DNA from: Candidatus Methylomirabilota bacterium
Lineage (GTDB): Bacteria > Methylomirabilota > Methylomirabilia > Rokubacteriales > CSP1-6
Assembly (NCBI GenBank): GCA_046726415.1
Contig: JBKPAK010000008.1
Location: forward strand, 32,001 to 96,000
DNA length: 64,000 nucleotides
Direction of reading: 5' to 3'
Every line of letters begins with the position of its first letter. Positions within the stretch are counted from its first letter, which is position 1. The position numbers and the translations under genes were made by a program. The notes beneath the pieces are model-generated. The model was not told where the DNA came from and did no database searches. It saw nothing but the letters and a program-made list of their open reading frames with translations. This document shows positions 48,968-57,167 of the stretch, one piece after another.

Positions 48968-49323
48968 TCCCCCGCGCGACGAGCGGCCTCCTGCTCGTCG
49001 CGATGGTGGTGGCTGGCGCGGGCGCCACCGCGCACTCGCTGCTGATCGATTCCACCCCGGCCGCCAATGCCATCGTCCCCGCGCCGCCGCGCGAACTGGT
49101 GCTTCGCTTCAACAATCGCATCGAGAAGAAGCTGTCGAAGGTGCGGCTGGTTGGCGGGAACGGCGAGCGGGTGGAGGTGCCCGTGGCGGTAACCGGACGC
49201 ACCGACACGATCACCGCCGTCATGCCCGCCGTGGCCGCCGGCCCCTGGCGCGTGGAATGGCAGGTGTTGTCGACCGACGGTCACGTGGTCACCGGGGCCT
49301 TCTCGTTTCGTCTCGGCCCCTGA
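48958..49323 (+). CDS. copC: Copper resistance protein CopC (start uncertain)
   Basis: Signal peptide ending A-HSLLIDSTPA (mature His1), WQVLSTDGHVVTGAFSF. Confidence 0.85.
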   Translation: MALIPRATSGLLLVAMVVAGAGATAHSLLIDSTPAANAIVPAPPRELVLRFNNRIEKKLSKVRLVGGNGERVEVPVAVTGRTDTITAVMPAVAAGPWRVEWQVLSTDGHVVTGAFSFRLGP

Positions 49324-49658
49324 GCACCGCGTCGGGGCGGTGCCCAGTGAGATGGGCGCTCCCGAAAGACCCACATCCCCCATTCACCCAGGGGTGCGCT
49401 TCCCGCTGGACGTGGTGGCGCGCACCCGCGATAATCGCAAGCCTGAGCAGACCACGCACCGCCCCCCAGGCGTTGTCGTGATTGCGCTCGAACGCGCGTG
49501 GGAGCGCGCTCTGGGTGTGCGCCAGAGTGCATCCGCGGTCACCTCCGACCGGCGCGGTCCACTCCTTCCTACCACGCTCCTTCCCAATCATCGCGTGCGC
49601 ATTCGCGACGCGACCGCCCGCCTGGCGGCGGCGTTCATCCGATAAAGGAGGGCTCACC

Positions 49659-50414
49659 GTGGTACGACGCATTCATCATGTCGGGATCGTGGTGAAACGG
49701 CTGTCCGACGCTTACCTGTTTTATCGGGACACGCTGGGGCTCCCGCTCATCAAGGAAGCTGAGATCGCCGACCAGGGCGTTCGCGCCGCGCTCTTGGCCG
49801 CCGGCGACAGCGAGATCGAGCTCCTCGAGCCCGCCAGTCCGCATACGGGAATCGGCCGCTTCCTGGCCAAGCGAGGCGAGGGACTCCATCACGTGTGCTT
49901 CGACGTGCCCGAATTGACCACGGCCCTTCGAGACCTGACCGCGCGGCAGGTGGCCCTGCTCGACACCGTGCCTCGGCGTGGGCTGGCCGGGCAGATCGCC
50001 TTCCTCCACCCGAAGGCCTGCGCGGGCGTGCTCGTGGAGTTGGCCACTCCCGATCCTTCCGAGCGCGAGTGGAACGGGGTGCCGCTGCGCCTGAAACGGC
50101 TGGTGATCGGCGGCCGTGAGCCCAAGCAGACGGCCGAGGTGTTCCAGGCCCTCTTTGGCCTGTCGGAGATCGCCATGAACGGCGGGCTTCGCACCATGCT
50201 GGCGGTGGGGCGCGGCGCCCTTCTCGTCGTCCCCGCGGACGAGGTCGGGGGAACCGAGGGCATGGTCGCTCTCTCGCTGGTCGCCGAGGATTTCGCGGCC
50301 CTCACCGCCGCCTTCGACCAGAAGAAAGTGCGCTTCATCCGCGGCACCGGCGAGGTCACCGTCGAACCGGCCTCCAGCCACGGCGTCCACTTGCACATCT
50401 CGCGCTACGAGTAG
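49659..50414 (+). CDS. mce: Methylmalonyl-CoA epimerase-like VOC protein with a second degenerate VOC domain
   Basis: IHHVGIVV, EIELLEP, GEGLHHVCF, AFLHPK..GVLVEL; AAGGAGG SD. Confidence 0.75.
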   Translation: MVRRIHHVGIVVKRLSDAYLFYRDTLGLPLIKEAEIADQGVRAALLAAGDSEIELLEPASPHTGIGRFLAKRGEGLHHVCFDVPELTTALRDLTARQVALLDTVPRRGLAGQIAFLHPKACAGVLVELATPDPSEREWNGVPLRLKRLVIGGREPKQTAEVFQALFGLSEIAMNGGLRTMLAVGRGALLVVPADEVGGTEGMVALSLVAEDFAALTAAFDQKKVRFIRGTGEVTVEPASSHGVHLHISRYE

Positions 50415-50577
50415 TCAGTTCAAAGGCGATCCCCGGCGGTCCGTGGTGGTCCGGCAGGGCAGAGTGCCCTTGTCAGACCTCCCCGTGTGCGCGAGCCCAA
50501 CGCCGTGGCCGCCCTCCGCATAGCGCGGGACCGGCCTCAGCAGCATTCGGGGTGCGTATCCGGGCTGGCCGCATTCA

Positions 50578-52308
50578 TCAGAACGCATCGGAGGCGCCGG
50601 CGATGCGGTCGAGATCGAGACGGGTGTAGGAGCCGAGGCTTCGGAAGTCGAGTTCTGCGTAGTTCTTGATCCACCGCAGGGCGATCTTGACGGCGCTCCG
50701 ATAGCGTTCGGCCGTTTCCTCGAAGGCGCGGCGCCCGCGCTCGTCTCTCAGGCTCGCGCGGGCGAGAGCCAGAATGTCCTCACACTCCTCCTGGAGGAGC
50801 CGTCTGACCAAGGGGAAGTCGTGCACCGCGTCCGGGCCCGCAGTTGTCTTTGCGTGATGCCGGATGCGCTGGGCGATCTGCGCCACTGACATACGCCCCG
50901 TCGCGAGGTCTTCCATGAGCGCCGGGTGGATGCCCGGCTTGCCGGCGAGGCTGTCGATGCCCTTGGCCCCACGGCCGTTCAGCCATCCCTCCAGATACTC
51001 GACGAGCATGCGGGCGTTGCGCCGCGTCCCCTCCAGCGTGATGGGTCCCGCTGGCACCTGGATCTCGACGGGGTAGTTGTCGGGATTGGCCATGGCCGCC
51101 GTGGGCCTCCAGCCGGAGGCCTGCCGGCGCTTGAAGGGCTCAGCCGCCGTCTTCATGTGGAAGATGTGGGCGACCCAGGCGCGGATGAATCCCTGCTCGG
51201 CCTCCCACTCCTTGTCCTGGCGGATGGCCTCGGCCGCGACGCGATTGACCTCGGGATCGGGATTCGGTAACGCGGTGGCCATGCCGCCGATGGGCACGGC
51301 GCCACGCTTCAGACAAATGGCGACCAGCCGCCGGAAGATGTTGGCGAGGAATGGCGTCGTCTTGATGTCGACTCCAAAACGGTCGGGCCACACAGACATC
51401 GGGTCGGCCATGACGAACTCAAATATGCTGGCCTTGAGGTCCCATCGCGCCGCGTTGAGGCCGGCCGCATACGGACCCAGCTCGTACAGCATTTCCTCCA
51501 TCGCGTACACCGCGGGCAGCGACTCGACCAGATGGATCCCGCGGATGGTGGCATTCCGCAGCACGGGCAGAGCTTCACGGCTGGCGTCGAAGAGGTCGCG
51601 ATACCAGCGCGCCTCCGCCGCCGACTCCAGCTTGGGGAGATAAAAGTAGATGCCCTGACCGCGATCGGCCTGCGCCCGTCCCGCATAGAAGAGGGTCAGG
51701 GCGCTGCCGAGAATGGCCGCCGGCACCGGGTGGCCGTCGATGGTCACGTCGGGCTCGTCGAGGTGGAGCCCGCGCTCGCGGTGCATGAAGAACGGCAGCT
51801 CGCCCTCGGCGATCCGGTACTCGCGATTGCGCTCCCGGTCGGTGTAGGTCAGCTCGCGGTTCACCGCGGCCAGCCGATAGTGCGCGGCGCGCACGGTGTC
51901 GATGAGGCGGTGACCCCCGGAGTCCTCGTCGTCGTCCAGATCGCCTTCCGCGCGCTCGCCCTCCGGGCCGGGGTTGAGCGCGTTGATGAACATGTTCGGG
52001 ATCGAGCAGGGCCCGGAGATCTCGATGCCGGCCTTGCGCAGCTCAGCCGGGACGTCCGGAACCCTCCAGCCGCCGGTGTTGATCTCGCTCATGGGAGGAT
52101 GAGCAGGCGGCGCGCCCTGGTGGAGCGCGCGCTGGAGCGCCTCCGCGCGCTGGCCGCGCAGGGCACGAGCGCGCGGGGTCAGCCGCTCGTGCAGGCCCAC
52201 GAGATAGTCGCAGAAGGCTGATGTGAAGAGCTGGGCCGCGCCCTCTACGGGCGCGAGCTGCACGCGGGCCACGGCCGACGTTCCGGAAGGCTGGGACACC
52301 GGGGTCAT
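50578..52308 (-). CDS. Malate synthase A-like protein (divergent)
   Basis: EISGP, INALN, RERGLHL, YFYLPKLES, GLNAARWD, GGMAT, WVAH, LMEDLAT. Confidence 0.8.
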   Translation of the reverse strand: MTPVSQPSGTSAVARVQLAPVEGAAQLFTSAFCDYLVGLHERLTPRARALRGQRAEALQRALHQGAPPAHPPMSEINTGGWRVPDVPAELRKAGIEISGPCSIPNMFINALNPGPEGERAEGDLDDDEDSGGHRLIDTVRAAHYRLAAVNRELTYTDRERNREYRIAEGELPFFMHRERGLHLDEPDVTIDGHPVPAAILGSALTLFYAGRAQADRGQGIYFYLPKLESAAEARWYRDLFDASREALPVLRNATIRGIHLVESLPAVYAMEEMLYELGPYAAGLNAARWDLKASIFEFVMADPMSVWPDRFGVDIKTTPFLANIFRRLVAICLKRGAVPIGGMATALPNPDPEVNRVAAEAIRQDKEWEAEQGFIRAWVAHIFHMKTAAEPFKRRQASGWRPTAAMANPDNYPVEIQVPAGPITLEGTRRNARMLVEYLEGWLNGRGAKGIDSLAGKPGIHPALMEDLATGRMSVAQIAQRIRHHAKTTAGPDAVHDFPLVRRLLQEECEDILALARASLRDERGRRAFEETAERYRSAVKIALRWIKNYAELDFRSLGSYTRLDLDRIAGASDAF

Positions 52309-52421
52309 CCTCCGATCGTATCGAGGTCGACGGATGCGCCGCGAGTGCGGCGACGGGGGAACGCTGTCTTTTCGCATGGCGATCGAGAGGCTGTCAATGG
52401 CAGAATGCGCCAGGCGAGGCC

Positions 52422-52877
52422 ATGGTCGATCGACGCTCCGATGCCAGGCGTCGCGGCGCCGCGATTCGCCGCCTGCGTGGGATGGCCCGCGGCCGGGCCA
52501 CCCGGCGGGCACTGGCTCGCGGAGGCACCGGCCCCGCGCGCCGACTCAACGATGCGCTCGCCGGGTGGAGCGACGTCCGCATCACTCCCATGTTCGGTCG
52601 GTGGGGCTACTTCGTGCGGGGGCAGCTCTTCGCGTGCTTTCCCCTCCGGCCCCAGGAACGCGACCTGTGGGTGCGTCTACCCCTCGCCCAACAGTCTCGG
52701 GCCTTGGCCGAGGCGGGCGTGCGCCCGCATCGCCGCTTCGGGCGCCAGGGCTGGATCGAGATGGAGATCGAGACCGAGCGCGACGTGGACCGCGCCCTGC
52801 GCTGGCTTCGCCAGGCGCACAGCGCCGCGCTTGCCCAAGCGGCGCGCGCCTCCGACGAGGAGGACCACTTCGCGTGA
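52422..52877 (+). CDS. TfoX-N/luciferase-like small protein (start uncertain)
   Basis: PMFGRWGYFVRGQLFA...GWIE...ALRWLRQAH. Confidence 0.6.
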   Translation: MVDRRSDARRRGAAIRRLRGMARGRATRRALARGGTGPARRLNDALAGWSDVRITPMFGRWGYFVRGQLFACFPLRPQERDLWVRLPLAQQSRALAEAGVRPHRRFGRQGWIEMEIETERDVDRALRWLRQAHSAALAQAARASDEEDHFA

Positions 52878-52974
52878 GCGACCGTCAACGCCGACTGAGC
52901 GGTGAGGCGACCCGCGGCCGTCGGCCAGTGATCCAGGCCAGGGGTGCAGACGGACGTCGAGTTCGACTGATCGC

Positions 52975-54231
52975 TCACGTTCTCGAGGTCGGGGCGGCGC
53001 CGGCGCGAGCCGCGGCTTCGATCCGGTCGATGTTCACCAGCGGTACGAGAAGCCACGCCAGCGCGGTCGTCCCCGCCGAGATGAAGATGAGGGGGGTATA
53101 GCCCACCCAGTCGTAGAGGCGGCCGCCGACGTTCTGGGAGAGCTGCGTGCCGCCGTTGAACACCGACATCAGGAGCGCGAAGAAGGTGCCCTCCACCCGC
53201 CGGGGACAAGCCTTGGCGGCCAGGTCGAGGAAGGCGAGCTGGGTGATCATGGCGGCCACCCCGGTCGCGAAGTCGATGATGACCGCCGACGTCGGTCCAC
53301 GGTAGCCGAGGTAGGCCAGCATGCTCAGGACGCCGGCGCCGATCGTCCACACGATCACCCGCCGGAGGGGATAGCGGCGCGACAGGGGCGCGTAGATCAG
53401 CGCGCCCAGCATCGCCCCGACCGAGGTGAGAGAGGCGAGGACGCCGATGAACTCCTGGCTGAATCCCAGGACGTCGGTCTGATAGTAAAGGAAGGCCGGA
53501 CCGAACGACGGGCTGAAGTTGAAGAAGAAGATGAAGCCGGCCACCACCCAGACCTCGCGTTCGGTGGCGGCCTCCCGGATGGCCCGGGCGGTGACGCGCA
53601 GCGCCTCCCAGTCGGACCGCACCCGAGGCTCGCGGATGAAAAGCAGGGCCATGAGCAGCGAGACGAGCGGGAAGGCGCCGGCCAGCGCGAAGGCGATGTC
53701 GAGCCGGCGGGCTCCCGCCAGGTAGCCGCCGCCGATGCCGACCGCGATGGAGGCGGCGTAAATCGCCGCCCACTGCACGGCCTGGAATGCGCCGGTGAGC
53801 CCGAGGGGCTTCCCGTTCTCGACCATGAGGGCATCGGTGAGCACATCGGTGAAGGCGAGGCCGAGGCCCATGAGGGTGAAGAGAATCGCCGTAGGCCAGT
53901 AGGGATATCCCGCGAGCAGCGCGAGGGTGAAGCCCGTGCCCGGGGCCAACGCGGTGGCGAGCACGAAGTAGCTCTTGCGGCGCCGGCCGAACAGCGGCAC
54001 GAAATCCGACAGCAGGCCGTAGACGGGCTTCATCAGCCACGGGATGGTCACGAGCAAGAAGAAATCGGCCACGTGGGCGGCTGAGAGCCCCCGGTCCTTC
54101 AACAGGACGGTGAGCGCTTGGTTGGGCAGGTACCACAAGCCCTGGGCGAAGTAGACGACGCCGAAGAAGACTGCGAGGCGGCGGGCGGCGGGAGTGGTGA
54201 AGGGATTGAGCCGGTCGAGGGTCGCGGGCAC
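52975..54231 (-). CDS. MFS transporter, folate-biopterin (BT1) family
   Basis: PWLMKPVYGLLSDFVPLFGRRRKSY, DVLTDALMVE, ACPRRVEGTFFALLMS. Confidence 0.85.
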   Translation of the reverse strand: MPATLDRLNPFTTPAARRLAVFFGVVYFAQGLWYLPNQALTVLLKDRGLSAAHVADFFLLVTIPWLMKPVYGLLSDFVPLFGRRRKSYFVLATALAPGTGFTLALLAGYPYWPTAILFTLMGLGLAFTDVLTDALMVENGKPLGLTGAFQAVQWAAIYAASIAVGIGGGYLAGARRLDIAFALAGAFPLVSLLMALLFIREPRVRSDWEALRVTARAIREAATEREVWVVAGFIFFFNFSPSFGPAFLYYQTDVLGFSQEFIGVLASLTSVGAMLGALIYAPLSRRYPLRRVIVWTIGAGVLSMLAYLGYRGPTSAVIIDFATGVAAMITQLAFLDLAAKACPRRVEGTFFALLMSVFNGGTQLSQNVGGRLYDWVGYTPLIFISAGTTALAWLLVPLVNIDRIEAAARAGAAPTSRT

Positions 54232-54259
54232 TGGGCGGCATGATACCGTAGACCCGGTC

Positions 54260-56302
54260 ATGCGTTCGGTTTGTCCGCACGACTGTCCCTCGGCGTGTAG
54301 CCTCCTCGTCTCGATCAAGGACGGACGGCTCGCCGAGGTCACAGGAGATCCCGCCCAACCCTTCACTCAGGGCGTGATCTGCGGCAAGGTCCGCGCCTAC
54401 GCCGAGCGCGTCCACTCGCCGCTGCGGGTTCTCACGCCGCTCAGACGCACGGGCGCCAAGGGCAGCGGTCGCTTCGAGCGGATCTCGTGGGACGAGGCCA
54501 TCGGCGAAGTGGCCACCCGCTGGCGAGCGATCATCGGGCACGAAGGCGCCGAGGCGATCCTGCCCTTCTCGTACGCCGGGACCATGGGCCAGGTGCAATA
54601 CTACGCGGGTCATCCCCTCTTCCACGCGCTCGGCGCCAGCCTGCTCGATCGGACCATCTGCGTCTCCACCGCCTATGCCGGTTGGCGCGCCACGCTGGGG
54701 GCGGTAACCGGCAACGACTCGGAGCAGATGGTGGGCGCCGATCTGGTCGTGCTCTGGGGGATCAACGCGGCATACTCGTCGGTCAACGTGATGACCCTGG
54801 TCCAGCAGGCCCGGGCGCGAGGCGCAAGGATCGTGACCATCGACCCCTACCGCACTTCGACCGCCGGGCAGGCGGACGAGCATCTGATGGTGCGTCCGGG
54901 GACCGACGCCGCACTGGCCCTCGCCCTCATGCACGTCCTCATCGACGAGGGGCTCGTCGATCGCGCGTACATCGGCCGCGCCACGCTCGGCTTCGAGCAG
55001 CTGGCCGAGCATGTGAAGGCTTATGCCCCGGCCGCGGTGGCGGGCATCGTGGGCGTTCCGGCGGCCCGCATCATTGCCCTGGCCCGCGCCTACGGAGCAA
55101 GTTCGCGTTCCTTCATCCGCATCGGCATCGGACTCTCGCGGCACGAGAACGGCGGCATGACGTGCCGGACGCTGGCCTGCCTCCCTGCGCTGACCGGAGC
55201 CTACGCGGATGCCCACGGCGGTGCCCTGCTCTCATCGGGCCAGGCCTTTGACTTCGGCTTGAAGGTCCTGCAGCGCCCCGATCTCCTCCCGCGGCCAGCC
55301 CCCCGCGTCATCAACATGATTCACCTGGGGCGCGTCCTCACGGATCGCACCCTGGCGCCCCCCGTGCGCGCCCTGTATGTGTACAACTCCAACCCCGCCG
55401 CCGTCTGCCCCAACCAGTCGCTGGTGATGCGGGGCCTGAGGCGCGAGGACCTCTTCACGGTCGTCCACGAGCAGGTGATGACCGACACCGCCCGCCACGC
55501 GGACATCGTGCTCCCGGCGACGACATCGATGGAGCACCTGGATCTCTACGGCTCTTACGGGCACCTGTACGTGCAGCTGGCCTCGCCGGTTCTCTCAGCT
55601 CCCGGCGAGGTGCGTTCCAACTGGGAGGTGTTCCGCGCGCTGAGCGCCGCCCTCGGCGTGGCCGAGGCCCACTACGCGAAGGGCGAGGCGCAACTCATCC
55701 GGGAGACGCTGGCCGCCGGCGGCCCGGCCTCGCGGGCAATCACCTATGAGCGCCTGGAGCAGGAACGTTTCGTCCGCCTGCAGTTGCCGCGCCCGTACCG
55801 GCCGTTCGCCGATGGGGCGCCCACCCCATCGGGAAAGGTGGAATTCTATTCCGAGCAGATGGCGCGAGCGGGTCTGCCACCCTTGCCCAGCTACGTTCCC
55901 CTGAAGGAAGGCCCTGACGACCCGGGACTCCGCGCGCAGTACCCACTGCAGTGCATCGTCCCGCCGAACCGCTTCTTCCTGAACTCATCGTTTAGCCAGT
56001 CGGAATTGTTGCGGCGGCGCCAGCAGACCGCGACCGTGCTGTTGTCGCCGGCGGATGCGGCCGCCCGCGGCGTTCGCGACGGAGATGAGGTGCGGGTCAC
56101 CAGCGGGCGCGGGGAAGCCCGCTTTCGGGCCCTGGTCGACGGCGGAATGCGGCCGGGCGTGGTGGTCATCGAGGGACTCTGGTGGCATCGCTTCCAGTCC
56201 GGGGGACACAACGTCAACGCACTCACCAGCGATCGGACGGCCGACATGGGCGGCGGTCCGACCTTTCACTCCAATCTCGTCGAGGTCGGGAAGGTGCCAT
56301 GA
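54260..56302 (+). CDS. Bis-MGD molybdopterin oxidoreductase (CPHDCP-type)
   Basis: CPHDCPSAC...CGK, PFSYAGTMG, RTICVS, ADIVLPAT, TPSGKVEF, FLNSSF. Confidence 0.92.
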   Translation: MRSVCPHDCPSACSLLVSIKDGRLAEVTGDPAQPFTQGVICGKVRAYAERVHSPLRVLTPLRRTGAKGSGRFERISWDEAIGEVATRWRAIIGHEGAEAILPFSYAGTMGQVQYYAGHPLFHALGASLLDRTICVSTAYAGWRATLGAVTGNDSEQMVGADLVVLWGINAAYSSVNVMTLVQQARARGARIVTIDPYRTSTAGQADEHLMVRPGTDAALALALMHVLIDEGLVDRAYIGRATLGFEQLAEHVKAYAPAAVAGIVGVPAARIIALARAYGASSRSFIRIGIGLSRHENGGMTCRTLACLPALTGAYADAHGGALLSSGQAFDFGLKVLQRPDLLPRPAPRVINMIHLGRVLTDRTLAPPVRALYVYNSNPAAVCPNQSLVMRGLRREDLFTVVHEQVMTDTARHADIVLPATTSMEHLDLYGSYGHLYVQLASPVLSAPGEVRSNWEVFRALSAALGVAEAHYAKGEAQLIRETLAAGGPASRAITYERLEQERFVRLQLPRPYRPFADGAPTPSGKVEFYSEQMARAGLPPLPSYVPLKEGPDDPGLRAQYPLQCIVPPNRFFLNSSFSQSELLRRRQQTATVLLSPADAAARGVRDGDEVRVTSGRGEARFRALVDGGMRPGVVVIEGLWWHRFQSGGHNVNALTSDRTADMGGGPTFHSNLVEVGKVP

Positions 56303-57093
56303 ACGCTCCGCTCATCCAGGTCGATGCATTCACGAACACGGCCTTCGCGGGCAATCCGGCCGCCGTCTGTCTGCTGAACGGACCGGCTGATGCCGGATGG
56401 ATGCAGAACGTGGCTCGCGAGATGAACCTCTCGGAGACCGCCTTTCTCCACCCGGACGGGAAGACCTATCACCTGCGCTGGTTCACGCCCACGGTCGAGG
56501 TCGATCTGTGCGGGCACGCCACCTTGGCCAGCGCCCACGTGCTCTGGGAGACGAAACGCGTTGCTCCCGGTGTGCGGATCGAATTCCTCACCCGCAGTGG
56601 CCTGCTCACTGCGGAACGCGCGGGCCAGTGGATCGAGCTGGACTTTCCCGCCAAGCAGGTGGAGCCGGTGACGCCGCCTCCCGACGTGCTGGGCGCGCTG
56701 GGGGCCGCGGCGCGCTACGTCGGGCGCAATCAGTTCGACTACCTGGTCGAGGTCGATGCGGAAACGACCGTGCGGGGTCTGGCGCCCGATTTCGCGCGCC
56801 TGGCCACCGTGCCGGTGCGCGGCGTCATCGTCACCAGCCGATCGTCGCATCCCGAGTGGGACTTCGTGTCGCGCTTCTTTGCTCCGGGCTCGGGTATTGC
56901 CGAGGATCCCGTCACCGGATCGGCGCATTGCGCCCTGGGGCCGTTCTGGATGGATCGCCTCGGTAAGCGCGAGCTGGTGGGCTACCAGGCCTCAGCGCGC
57001 GGAGGGGTGGTGCGGGTACGCGTGGTCGCAGATCGGGTGCGCCTGGGTGGCCAGGCGATCACGGTTCTGCGCGGGGAGCTGGTCTCCAGCTAG
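56299..57093 (+). CDS. PhzF family epimerase/isomerase
   Basis: QVDAFT..GNPAAV, NLSETAF, EVDLCGHATLA, EDPVTGSAHC. Confidence 0.93.
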   Translation: MNAPLIQVDAFTNTAFAGNPAAVCLLNGPADAGWMQNVAREMNLSETAFLHPDGKTYHLRWFTPTVEVDLCGHATLASAHVLWETKRVAPGVRIEFLTRSGLLTAERAGQWIELDFPAKQVEPVTPPPDVLGALGAAARYVGRNQFDYLVEVDAETTVRGLAPDFARLATVPVRGVIVTSRSSHPEWDFVSRFFAPGSGIAEDPVTGSAHCALGPFWMDRLGKRELVGYQASARGGVVRVRVVADRVRLGGQAITVLRGELVSS

Positions 57094-57167
57094 CTTAGCT
57101 AGGAAAGTCCGAGCACGATGGCGCCCGCCCCGGACAACTGTGCGAGGACGAGGTCCATCTGCTCAAT

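Noticed and set aside
57090-57102. CTAGCT-T-AGCTAG palindrome at the PhzF stop as an IS footprint
   Set aside because: Too short, with no transposase or terminal repeats nearby
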